Of a stretch of DNA of 64,000 bases, positions 22,701 through 37,700 are shown piece by piece. A program made the position numbers and the translations under genes. Location of the stretch: contig OZ024741.1 of assembly GCA_964016885.1 (NCBI GenBank), positions 5,766,001-5,830,000 of the forward strand. The letters run 5' to 3'. Within the stretch, counting starts at the first letter, position 1, and each line of letters begins with the position of its first letter. The stretch comes from Eledone cirrhosa (Eukaryota). Under the pieces are notes generated by a model. That model searched no databases and was not told where the DNA came from. It saw only the letters and a list, made by a program, of their open reading frames with translations.

Positions 22701-25700
22701 CCCCTAACACTAATTATCTCACAGAATATCTCAGCTGTGAAGGTCTTACTAACATGTGACCCCTAATACTAATTATCTCACACAATATCTCAGATGTGAA
22801 GGTCTTAATAACATGTCACCCCTAACACTAATTACCTCACAGAATATCTCAGCTGTGAAGGTCTAATTAACATGTCACCCCTAACACTAATTACCTCACA
22901 GAATATCTCAGATGTGAAGGTCTTACTAACATGTCATCCCTAACACTAATTACCTCACAAAATATCTCAGCTGTGAAGGTCTTACTAACATGTCACCCCT
23001 AACACTAATTACCTCACAAAATATCTCAGTTGTGAAGGTCTTACTAACATGTCAGCCCTAACACTAATTACATCACAGAATATCTCAATTGTGAAGGTCT
23101 TACTAACATGTCCCCCCTAACACTAATTACATCACAGAATATCTCAATTGTGAAGGTCTTACTAACATGTCCCCCCTAACACTAATTACATCACAGAATA
23201 TCTCAATTGTGAAGGTCTTATTAACATGTCATCCCTAACACTAATTACCTCACAGAATATCTCAACTGTGAAGGTCTTACTAACATGTCACCCCTAACAT
23301 TAATTACCTCACAGAATATCTCAGCTGTGAAGGTCTTACTAACATGTCACCCCTAACACTGATTACCTCACACAATATCTCAGCTGTGAAGGTCTTACTA
23401 ACATGTCACCCCTAACACTAATGATCTCACAGAATATCTCAACTGTGAAGGTCTTACTAACATGTCACCCCTAACACTAATTATCTCACAGAATATCTCA
23501 ACTGTGAAGGTCTTACTAACATGTCACCCCTAACACTAATTATCTCACACAATATCTCAGCTGTGACGGTCTTACTAACATGTCACCCTTAACATTAATT
23601 ACCTCACAGAATATCTCAGTTGTGAAGGTCTTACTAACATGTCACCCCTAACACTAATTACCTCACAGAGTATCTTAGATGTGAAGGTCTTACTAACATG
23701 TCACCCCTAACACTAATTACCTCACAGAATATCATAGCTGTGAAAGGTCTTACTAACATCTCACCCCTAACACTAATTACCTCACAGAATATCTCAGCTG
23801 TGAAGGTCTTACTAACATGTCACCCCTAACACTAATTACCTAACAGAATATCTCAACTGTGAAGGTCTTACTAACATGTCACCCCTAACACTAATTACCT
23901 AACAGAATATCTCAGCTGTGAGGGTCTTACTAACATGTCACCCCTAACACTAATTACCTAACAGAATATCTCAACTGTGAAGGTCTTACTAACATGTCAC
24001 CCCTAACACTAATTATCTCACAGAATATCTCAGCTGTGAAGGTCTTACTAACATGTCACCCCTAACACTAATTACATAACAGAATATCTCAGCTGTGAAG
24101 GTCTTACTAACATGTGACCCCTAATACTAATTATCTCACAGAATATCTCAGATGTGAAGGTCTTAATAACATGTCACCCCTAACACTAGTTACCTCACAG
24201 AATATCTCAGCTGTGAAGGTCTAATTAACATGTCACCCCTAACACTAATTACCTCACAGAATATCTCAGATGTGAAGGTCTTACTAACATGTCATCCCTA
24301 ACACTAATTACCTCACAAAATATCTCAGCTGTGAAGGTCTTACTAACATGTCACCCCTAACACTAATTACCTCAAAAAATATCTCAGTTGTGAAGGTCTT
24401 ACTAACATGTCAGCCCTAACACTAATTACATCACAGAATATCTCAATTGTGAAGGTCTTACTAACATGTCCCCCCTAACACTAATTACATCACAGAATAT
24501 CTCAATTGTGAAGGTCTTATTAACATGTCACCCCTAACACTAATTACCTCACACAATATCTCAGCTGTGAATGTCTAATTAACATGTCACCCCTAACACT
24601 AATTACCTCACAGAATATCTCAACTCTGAAGGTCTTACTATCATGTCACCCCTAACATTAATTACCTCACAGAATATCTCAGCTGTGAAGGTCTTATTAA
24701 CATGTCACCCCTAACACTGATTACCTCACACAATATCTCAGCTGTGAAGGTCTTACTAACATGTCACCCCTAACACTAATTATCTCACAGAATATCTCAA
24801 CTGTGAAGGTCTTACTAACATGTCACCCCTAACACTAATTATCTCACAGAATATCTCAGCTGTGAAGGTCTTACTAACATGTCACCCCTAACACTAATTA
24901 TCTCACAGAATATCTCAGATGTGAAGGTCTTACTAACATGTCACCCCTAACACTAATTATCTCACAGAATATCTCAGATGTGAAGGTCTTACTAACATGT
25001 CACCCCTAACACTAATTATCTCACAGAATATCTCAGCTGTGAAGGTCTTACTAACATGTCACCCTTAACACTAATTATCTCAGAGAATAACTCAACTGTG
25101 AAGGTCTTACTAACATGTCACCCCTAACACTAATTATCTCACAGGATATCTCAGATGTGAAGGTCTTACTAACATGTCACCCCTAACACTAATTATCTCA
25201 CAGAATATCTCAGCTGTGAGGGTCTTACTAACATGTCACCCCTAACACTAATTACCTCACAGAATATCATAGCTGTGAAAGGTCTTACTAACATCTCACC
25301 CCTAACACTAATTACCTCACAGAATATCATAGCTGTGAGGGTCTTACTAACATGTCACCCGTAACACTAATTACCTCACAGAATATCATAGCTGTGAAGG
25401 TCTTACTAACATGTCACCCCTAACACTAATTATCTCACAGAATATCTCAGATGTGAAGGTCTTACTAACATGTCACCCCTAACACTAATTACCTAACAGA
25501 ATATCTCAACTGTGAAGGTCTTACTAACATGTCACCACTAACACTAATTACCTCACAGAATATCTCAGCTGTGAAGGTCTTACTAACATATCATCCCTAA
25601 CACTAATTACCTAACAGAATATCTCAGCTGTGAAGGTCTTACTAACATGTCACCCCTAACACTAATTACCTCACAAAATATCTCAGCTGTGAGGGTCTTA

Positions 25701-28700
25701 CTAACATGTCACCCCTAACACTAATTACCTAACAGAATATCTCAACTGTGAAGGTCTTACTAACATGTCACCCCTAACACTAATTACCTCACAAAATATC
25801 TCAGCTGTGAAGGTCTTACTAACATGTCACCCCTAACACTAATTACCTCAAAAAATATCTCAGTTGTGAAGGTCTTACTAACATGTCAGCCCTAACACTA
25901 ATTACATCACAGAATATCTCAATTGTGAAGGTCTTACTAACATGTCCCCCCTAACACTAATTACATCACAGAATATCTCAATTGTGAAGGTCTTATTAAC
26001 ATGTCACCCCTAACACTAATTACCTCACACAATATCTCAGCTGTGAATGTCTAATTAACATGTCACCCCTAACACTAATTACCTCACAGAATATCTCAAC
26101 TCTGAAGGTCTTACTATCATGTCACCCCTAACATTAATTACCTCACACAATATCTCAGCTGTGAAGGTCTTACTAACATGTCACCCCTAACACTAATTAT
26201 CTCACAGAATATCTCAACTGTGAAGGTCTTACTAACATGTCACCCCTAACACTAATTATCTCACAGAATATCTCAGCTGTGAAGGTCTTACTAACATGTC
26301 ACCCCTAACACTAATTATCTCACAGAATATCTCAGATGTGAAGGTCTTACTAACATGTCACCCCTAACACTAATTATCTCACAGAATATCTCAGATGTGA
26401 AGGTCTTACTAACATGTCACCCCTAACACTAATTATCTCACAGAATATCTCAGCTGTGAAGGTCTTACTAACATGTCACCCCTAACACTAATTATCTCAC
26501 AGAATATCTCAGCTGTGAAGGTCTTACTAACATGTCACCCTTAACACTAATTATCTCAGAGAATAACTCAACTGTGAAGGTCTTACTAACATGTCACCCC
26601 TAACACTAATTATCTCACAGGATATCTCAGATGTGAAGGTCTTACTAACATGTCACCCCTAACACTAATTATCTCACAGAATATCTCAGCTGTGAGGGTC
26701 TTACTAACATGTCACCCCTAACACTAATTACCTCACAGAATATCATAGCTGTGAAAGGTCTTACTAACATCTCACCCCTAACACTAATTACCTCACAGAA
26801 TATCATAGCTGTGAGGGTCTTACTAACATGTCACCCGTAACACTAATTACCTCACAGAATATCATAGCTGTGAAGGTCTTACTAACATGTCACCCCTAAC
26901 ACTAATTATCTCACAGAATATCTCAGATGTGAAGGTCTTACTAACATGTCACCCCTAACACTAATTACCTAACAGAATATCTCAACTGTGAAGGTCTTAC
27001 TAACATGTCACCACTAACACTAATTACCTCACAGAATATCTCAGCTGTGAAGGTCTTACTAACATATCATCCCTAACACTAATTACCTAACAGAATATCT
27101 CAGCTGTGAAGGTCTTACTAACATGTCACCCCTAACACTAATTACCTCACAAAATATCTCAGCTGTGAGGGTCTTACTAACATGTCACCCCTAACACTAA
27201 TTACCTAACAGAATATCTCAACTGTGAAGGTCTTACTAACATGTCACCCCTAACACTAATTACCTCACAAAATATCTCAGCTGTGAAGGTCTTACTAACA
27301 TGTCACCCCTAACACTAATTACCTCAAAAAATATCTCAGTTGTGAAGGTCTTACTAACATGTCAGCCCTAACACTAATTACATCACAGAATATCTCAATT
27401 GTGAAGGTCTTACTAACATGTCCCCCCTAACACTAATTACATCACAGAATATCTCAATTGTGAAGGTCTTATTAACATGTCACCCCTAACACTAATTACC
27501 TCACACAATATCTCAGCTGTGAATGTCTAATTAACATGTCACCCCTAACACTAATTACCTCACAGAATATCTCAACTCTGAAGGTCTTACTATCATGTCA
27601 CCCCTAACATTAATTACCTCACACAATATCTCAGCTGTGAAGGTCTTACTAACATGTCACCCCTAACACTAATTATCTCACAGAATATCTCAACTGTGAA
27701 GGTCTTACTAACATGTCACCCCTAACACTAATTATCTCACAGAATATCTCAGCTGTGAAGGTCTTACTAACATGTCACCCCTAACACTAATTATCTCACA
27801 GAATATCTCAGATGTGAAGGTCTTACTAACATGTCACCCCTAACACTAATTATCTCACAGAATATCTCAGATGTGAAGGTCTTACTAACATGTCACCCCT
27901 AACACTAATTATCTCACAGAATATCTCAGCTGTGAAGGTCTTACTAACATGTCACCCTTAACACTAATTATCTCACAGAATAACTCAACTGTGAAGGTCT
28001 TACTAACATGTCACCCCTAACACTAATTATCTCACAGGATATCTCAGATGTGAAGGTCTTACTAACATGTCACCCCTAACACTAATTATCTCACAGAATA
28101 TCTCAGCTGTGAGGGTCTTACTAACATGTCACCCCTAACACTAATTACCTCACAGAATATCATAGCTGTGAAAGGTCTTACTAACATCTCACCCCTAACA
28201 CTAATTACCTCACAGAATATCATAGCTGTGAGGGTCTTACTAACATGTCACCCGTAACACTAATTACCTCACAGAATATCATAGCTGTGAAGGTCTTACT
28301 AACATGTCACCCCTAACACTAATTATCTCACAGAATATCTCAGATGTGAAGGTCTTACTAACATGTCACCCCTAACACTAATTACCTAACAGAATATCTC
28401 AACTGTGAAGGTCTTACTAACATGTCACCACTAACACTAATTACCTCACAGAATATCTCAGCTGTGAAGGTCTTACTAACATATCATCCCTAACACTAAT
28501 TACCTAACAGAATATCTCAGCTGTGAAGGTCTTACTAACATGTCACCCCTAACACTAATTACCTCACAAAATATCTCAGCTGTGAGGGTCTTACTAACAT
28601 GTCACCCCTAACACTAATTACCTAACAGAATATCTCAACTGTGAAGGTCTTACTAACATGTCACCCCTAACACTAATTACCTAACAAAATATCTCAGCTG

Positions 28701-31700
28701 TGAGGGTCTTACTAACATGTCACCCCTAACACTAATTACCTAACAAAATATCTCAGATGTTAAGGTCTTACTAACATGTCACCCCTAACACTAATTATCT
28801 CACAGAATATCTCAGCTGTGAAGGTCTTACTAACATGTCACCCCTAACACTAATTACATAACAGAATATCTCAGCTGTGAAGGTCTTACTAACATGTGAC
28901 CCTTAATACTAATTATCTCACACAATATCTCAGATGTGAAGGTCTTAATAACATGTCACCCCTAACACTAATTACCTCACAGAATATCTCAGTTGTGAAG
29001 GTCTTACTAACATGTCACCCCTAACACTAATTACCTCACAGAATATCTCAGCTGTGAAGGTCTAATTAACATGTCACCCCTAACACTAATTACCTCACAG
29101 AATATCTCAATTGTGAAGGTCTTACTAAGATGTCACCCCTAACACTAATTACCTCACAAAATATCTCAGTTGTGAAGGTCTTACTAACATGTCACCCCTA
29201 ACACTAATTACCTCACAAAATATCTCAGTTGTGAAGGTCTTACTAACATGTCACCCCTAGCATTAATTACCTCACAAAATATCTCAGATGTGAAGGTCTT
29301 ACTAACATGTCACCCCTAACACTAATTACCTCACACAATATCTCAGTTGTGAAGGTCTTACTAACATGTCACCCCTAACACTAATTATCACACAGAATAT
29401 CTCAGCTGTGAAGGTCTTACTAACATATCATCCCTAACACTAATTACCTCACAGAATATCATAGCTGTGAAGGTCTTACTAACATGTCACCCCTAACACT
29501 AATTATCTCACAGAATATCTCAGCTGTGAAGGTCTTACTAACATGTCACCCCTAACACTAATTACCTAACAGAATATCTCAGCTGTGAAGGTCTTACTAA
29601 CATGTCACCCCTAACACTAATTATCTCACACAATATCTCAGCTGTGACGGTCTTACTAACATGTCACCCTTAACATTAATTACCTCACAGAATATCTCAG
29701 TTGTGAAGGTCTTACTAACATGTCACCCCTAACACTAATTACCTCAGAGAATATCTCAGCTGTGAAGGTCTTACTAACATGTCACCCCTAACACTAATTA
29801 CCTCACACAATATCTCAGTTGTGAAGGTATTACTAACATGTCACCCCTAACACTAATTACATCACAGAATATCTCAGCTGTGAAGGTCTTACTAAAATGT
29901 CACCCCTAACACTAATTACATCACAGAATATCTCAGCTGTGAAGGTCTAATTAACATGTCACCCCTAACACTAATTACCTCACACAATATCCCAGATGTG
30001 AAGGTCTTACTAACATGTCACCCCTAACACTAATTACCTCACAGAATATCATAGCTGTGAAAGGTCTTACTAACATCTCACCCCTAACACTAATTACCTC
30101 ACAGAATATCTCAGCTGTGAAGGTCTTACTAACATGTCACCCCTAACACTAATTACCTAACAGAATATCTCAACTGTGAAGGTCTTACTAACATGTCACC
30201 CCTAACACTAATTACCTAACAGAATATCTCAGCTATGAGGGTCTTACTAACATGTCACCCCTAACACTAATTACCTAACAGAATATCTCAACTGTGAAGG
30301 TCTTACTAACATGTCACCCCTAACACTAATTATCTCACAGAATATCTCAGCTGTGAAGGTCTTACTAACATGTCACCCCTAACACTAATTACATAACAGA
30401 ATATCTCAGCTGTGAAGGTCTTACTAACATGTGACCCCTAATACTAATTATCTCACAGAATATCTCAGATGTGAAGGTCTTAATAACATGTCACCCCTAA
30501 CACTAGTTACCTCACAGAATATCTCAGCTGTGAAGGTCTAATTAACATGTCACCCCTAACACTAATTACCTCACAGAATATCTCAGATGTGAAGGTCTTA
30601 CTAACATGTCATCCCTAACACTAATTACCTCACAAAATATCTCAGCTGTGAAGGTCTTACTAACATGTCACCCCTAACACTAATTACCTCAAAAAATATC
30701 TCAGTTGTGAAGGTCTTACTAACATGTCAGCCCTAACACTAATTACATCACAGAATATCTCAATTGTGAAGGTCTTACTAACATGTCCCCCCTAACACTA
30801 ATTACATCACAGAATATCTCAATTGTGAAGGTCTTATTAACATGTCACCCCTAACACTAATTACCTCACACAATATCTCAGCTGTGAATGTCTAATTAAC
30901 ATGTCACCCCTAACACTAATTACCTCACAGAATATCTCAACTCTGAAGGTCTTACTATCATGTCACCCCTAACATTAATTACCTCACAGAATATCTCAGC
31001 TGTGAAGGTCTTACTAACATGTCACCCCTAACACTGATTACCACACACAATATCTCAGCTGTGAAGGTCTTACTAACATGTCACCCCTAACACTAATTAT
31101 CTCACAGAATATCTCAACTGTGAAGGTCTTACTAACATGTCACCCCTAACACTAATTATCTCACAGAATATCTCAGCTGTGAAGGTCTTACTAACATGTC
31201 ACCCCTAACACTAATTATCTCACAGAATATCTCAACTGTGAAGGTCTTACTAACATGTCACCCCTAACACTAATTATCTCACAGAATATCTCAGATGTGA
31301 TGGTCTTACTAACATGTCACCCCTAACACTAATTATCTCACAGAATATCTCAGCTGTGAAGGTCTTACTAACATGTCACCCCTAACACTAATTACCTAAC
31401 AGAATATCTCAGCTGTGAAGGTCTTACTAACATGTCACCCCTAACACTAATTATCTCACACAATATCTCAGCTGTGACGGTCTTACTAACATGTCACCCT
31501 TAACATTAATTACCTCACAGAATATCTCAGTTGTGAAGGTCTTACTAACATGTCACCCCTAACACTAATTACCTCAGAGAATATCTCAGCTGTGAAGGCC
31601 TTACTAACATGTCACCCCTAACACTAATTACCTAACAGAATATCTCAACTGTGAAGGTCTTACTAACATGTCACCCCTAACACTAATTATCTCACAGAAT

Positions 31701-34700
31701 ATCTCAGCTGTGAAGGTCTTACTAACATGTCACCCCTAACACTAATTACATAACAGAATATCTCAGCTGTGAAGGTCTTACTAACATGTGACCCCTAATA
31801 CTAATTATCTCACAGAATATCTCAGATGTGAAGGTCTTAATAACATGTCACCCCTAACACTAGTTACCTCACAGAATATCTCAGCTGTGAAGGTCTAATT
31901 AACATGTCACCCCTAACACTAATTACCTCACAGAATATCTCAGATGTGAAGGTCTTACTAACATGTCACCCCTAACACTAATTACCTCACAAAATATCTC
32001 AGCTGTGAAGGTCTTACTAACATGTCACCCCTAACACTAATTACCTCAAAAAATATCTCAGTTGTGAAGGTCTTACTAACATGTCAGCCCTAACACTAAT
32101 TACATCACAGAATATCTCAATTGTGAAGGTCTTACTAACATGTCCCCCCTAACACTAATTACATCACAGAATATCTCAATTGTGAAGGTCTTATTAACAT
32201 GTCACCCCTAACACTAATTACCTCACACAATATCTCAGCTGTGAATGTCTAATTAACATGTCACCCCTAACACTAATTACCTCACAGAATATCTCAACTC
32301 TGAAGGTCTTACTATCATGTCACCCCTAACATTAATTACCTCACAGAATATCTCAGCTGTGAAGGTCTTACTAACATGTCACCCCTAACACTGATTACCA
32401 CACACAATATCTCAGCTGTGAAGGTCTTACTAACATGTCACCCCTAACACTAATTATCTCACAGAATATCTCAACTGTGAAGGTCTTACTAACATGTCAC
32501 CCCTAACACTAATTATCTCACAGAATATCTCAGCTGTGAAGGTCTTACTAACATGTCACCCCTAACACTAATTATCTCACAGAATATCTCAACTGTGAAG
32601 GTCTTACTAACATGTCACCCCTAACACTAATTATCTCACAGAATATCTCAGATGTGAAGGTCTTACTAACATGTCACCCCTAACACTAATTATCTCACAG
32701 AATATCTCAGCTGTGAAGGTCTTACTAACATGTCACCCCTAACACTAATTACCTAACAGAATATCTCAGCTGTGAAGGTCTTACTAACATGTCACCCCTA
32801 ACACTAATTATCTCACAGAATATCTCAACTGTGAAGGTCTTACTAACATGTCACCCCTAACACTAATTATCTCACAGAATATCTCAGATGTGAAGGTCTT
32901 ACTAACATGTCACCCCTAACACTAATTATCTCACAGAATATCTCAGCTGTGAAGGTCTTACTAACATGTCACCCCTAACACTAATTACCTAACAGAATAT
33001 CTCAGCTGTGAAGGTCTTACTAACATGTCACCCCTAACACTAATTATCTCACAGAATATCTCAGCTGTGAAGGTCTTACTAACATGTCACCCCTAACACT
33101 AATTACCTAACAGAATATCTCAGATGTGAAGGTCTTACTAACATGTCACCCCTAACACTAATTATCTCACAGAATATCTCAGCTGTGAAGGTCTTACTAA
33201 CATGTCACCCCTAACACTAATTACCTAACAGAATATCTCAGCTGTGAAGGTCTTACTAACATGTCACCCCTAACACTAATTACCTCACACAATATCTCAG
33301 TTGTGAAGGTATTACTAACATGTCACCCCTAACACTAATTACATCACAGAATATCTCAGCTGTGAAGGTCTTACTAAAATGTCACCCCTAACACTAATTA
33401 CATCACAGAATATCTCAGCTGTGAAGGTCTAATTAACATGTCACCCCTAACACTAATTACCTCACACAATATCCCAGATGTGAAGGTCTTACTAACATGT
33501 CACCCCTAACACTAATTACCTCACAGAGTATCTTAGATGTGAAGGTCTTACTAACATGTCACCCCTAACACTAATTACCTCACAGAATATCATAGCTGTG
33601 AAAGGTCTTACTAACATCTCACCCCTAACACAAATTACCTCACAGAATATCTCAGCTGTGAAGGTCTTACTAACATGTCACCCCTAACACTAATTACCTA
33701 ACATAATATCTCAACTGTGAAGGTCTTACTAACATGTCACCCCTAACACTAATTACCTAACAGAATATCTCAGCTGTGAGGGTCTTACTAACATGTCACC
33801 CCTAACACTAATTACCTAACAGAATATCTCAACTGTGAAGGTCTTACTAACATGTCACCCCTAACACTAATTATCTCACAGAATATCTCAGATGTGAAGG
33901 TCTTAATAACATGTCACCCCTAACACTAGTTACCTCACAGAATATCTCAGCTGTGAAGGTCTAATTAACATGTCACCCCTAACACTAATTACCTCACAGA
34001 ATATCTCAGATGTGAAGGTCTTACTAACATGTCATCCCTAACACTAATTACCTCACAAAATATCTCAGCTGTGAAGGTCTTACTAACATGTCACCCCTAA
34101 CACTAATTACCTCAAAAAATATCTCAGTTGTGAAGGTCTTACTAACATGTCAGCCCTAACACTAATTACATCACAGAATATCTCAATTGTGAAGGTCTTA
34201 CTAACATGTCCCCCCTAACACTAATTACATCACAGAATATCTCAATTGTGAAGGTCTTATTAACATGTCACCCCTAACACTAATTACCTCACACAATATC
34301 TCAGCTGTGAATGTCTAATTAACATGTCACCCCTAACACTAATTACCTCACAGAATATCTCAACTCTGAAGGTCTTACTATCATGTCACCCCTAACATTA
34401 ATTACCTCACAGAATATCTCAGCTGTGAAGGTCTTACTAACATGTCACCCCTAACACTGATTACCTCACACAATATCTCAGCTGTGAAGGTCTTACTAAC
34501 ATGTCACCCCTAACACTAATTATCTCACAGAATATCTCAACTGTGAAGGTCTTACTAACATGTCACCCCTAACACTAATTATCTCACAGAATATCTCAGC
34601 TGTGAAGGTCTTACTAACATGTCACCCCTAACACTAATTATCTCACAGAATATCTCAGATGTGAAGGTCTTACTAACATGTCACCCCTAACACTAATTAT

Positions 34701-37700
34701 CTCACAGAATATCTCAACTGTGAAGGTCTTACTAACATGTCACCCCTAACACTAATTATCTCACAGAATATCTCAGATGTGAAGGTCTTACTAACATGTC
34801 ACCCCTAACACTAATTATCTCACAGAATATCTCAGCTGTGAAGGTCTTACTAACATGTCACCCTTAACACTAATTATCTCACAGAATAACTCAACTGTGA
34901 AGGTCTTACTAACATGTCACCCCTAACACTAATTATCTCACAGGATATCTCAGATGTGAAGGTCTTACTAACATGTCACCCCTAACACTAATTATCTCAC
35001 AGAATATCTCAGCTGTGAGGGTCTTACTAACATGTCACCCCTAACACTAATTACCTCACAGAATATCATAGCTGTGGAAGGTCTTACTAACATCTCACCC
35101 CTAACACTAATTACCTCACAGAATATCATAGCTGTGAGGGTCTTACTAACATGTCACCCGTAACACTAATTACCTCACAGAATATCATAGCTGCGAAGGT
35201 CTTACTAACATGTCACCCCTAACACTAATTATCTCACAGAATATCTCAGCTGTGAAGGTCTTACTAACATGTCACCCCTAACACTAATTACCTCACAAAA
35301 TATCTCAGTTGTGAAGGTCTTACTAACATGTCACCCCTAACACTAATTACCTCACAAAATATCTCAGTTGTGAAGGTCTTACTAACATGTCACCCCTAGC
35401 ATTAATTACCTCACAAAATATCTCAGATGTGAAGGTCTTACTAACATGTCACCCCTAACACTAATTACCTCAGAGAATATCTCAGCTGTGAAGGTCTTAC
35501 TAACATGTCACCCCTAACACTAATTACCTCACACAATATCTCAGTTGTGAAGGTATTACTAACATGTCACCCCTAACACTAATTACATCACAGAATATCT
35601 CAGCTGTGAAGGTCTTACTAAAATGTCACCCCTAACACTAATTACATCACAGAATATCTCAGCTGTGAAGGTCTAATTAACATGTCACCCCTAACACTAA
35701 TTACCTCACACAATATCCCAGATGTGAAGGTCTTACTAACATGTCACCCCTAACACTAATTACCTCACAGAGTATCTTAGATGTGAAGGTCTTACTAACA
35801 TGTCACCCCTAACACTAATTACCTCACAGAATATCATAGCTGTGATAGGTCTTACTAACATCTCACCCCTAACACTAATTACCTCACAGAATATCTCAGC
35901 TGTGAAGGTCTTACTAACATGTCACCCCTAACACTAATTACCTAACAGAATATCTCAACTGTGAAGGTCTTACTAACATGTCACCCCTAACACTAATTAC
36001 CTAACAGAATATCTCAGCTGTGAGGGTCTTACTAACATGTCACCCCTAACACTAATTACCTAACAGAATATCTCAACTGTGAAGGTCTTACTAACATGTC
36101 ACCCCTAACACTAATTATCTCACAGAATATCTCAGCTGTGAAGGTCTTACTAACATGTCACCCCTAACACTAATTACATAACAGAATATCTCAGCTGTGA
36201 AGGTCTTACTAACATGTGACCCCTAATACTAATTATCTCACAGAATATCTCAGATGTGAAGGTCTTAATAACATGTCACCCCTAACACTAGTTACCTCAC
36301 AGAATATCTCAGCTGTGAAGGTCTAATTAACATGTCACCCCTAACACTAATTACCTCACAGAATATCTCAGATGTGAAGGTCTTACTAACATGTCACCCC
36401 TAACACTAATTACATCACAGAATATCTCAGTTGTGAAGGTCTTACTAACATGTCAGCCCTAACACTAATTACATCACAGAATATCTCAATTGTGAAGGTC
36501 TTACTAACATGTCCCCCCTAACACTAATTACATCACAGAATATCTCAATTCTGAAGGTCTTATTAACATGTCACCCCTAACACTAATTACCTCACACAAT
36601 ATCTCAGCTGTGAATGTCTAATGAACATGTCACCCCTAACACTAATTACCTCACAGAATATCTCAACTCTGAAGGTCTTACTATCATGTCACCCCTAACA
36701 TTAATTACCTCACAGAATATCTCAGCTGTGAAGGTCTTACTAACATGTCACCCCTAACACTGATTACCTCACACAATATCTCAGCTGTGAAGGTCTTACT
36801 AACATGTCACCCCTAACACTAATTATCTCACAGAATATCTCAACTGTGAAGGTCTTACTAACATGTCACCCCTAACACTAATTATCTCACAGAATATCTC
36901 AGCTGTGAAGGTCTTACTAACATGTCACCCCTAACACTAATTATCTCACAGAATATCTCAGATGTGAAGGTCTTACTAACATGTCACCCCTAACACTAAT
37001 TATCTCACAGAATATCTCAACTGTGAAGGTCTTACTAACATGTCACCCCTAACACTAATTATCTCACAGAATATCTCAGATGTGAAGGTCTTACTAACAT
37101 GTCACCCCTAACACTAATTATCTCACAGAGTATCTCAGCTGTGAAGGTCTTACTAACATGTCACCCCTAACACTAATTACCTAAGAGAATATCTCAGCTG
37201 TGAAGGTCTTACTAACATGTCACCCCTAACACTAATTATCTCACACAATATCTCAGCTGTGACGGTCTTACTAACATGTCACCCTTAACATTAATTACCT
37301 CACAGAATATCTCAGTTGTGAAGGTCTTACTAACATGTCACCCCTAACACTAATTACCTCAGAGAATATCTCAGCTGTGAAGGTCTTACTAACATGTCAC
37401 CCCTAACACTAATTACCTCACACAATATCTCAGTTGTGAAGGTATTACTAACATGTCACCCCTAACACTAATTACATCACAGAATATCTCAGCTGTGAAG
37501 GTCTTACTAAAATGTCACCCCTAACACTAATTACATCACAGAATATCTCAGCTGTGAAGGTCTAATTAACATGTCACCCCTAACACTAATTACCTCACAC
37601 AATATCCCAGATGTGAAGGTCTTACTAACATGTCACCCCTAACACTAATTACCTCACAGAGTATCTTAGATGTGAAGGTCTTACTAACATGTCACCCCTA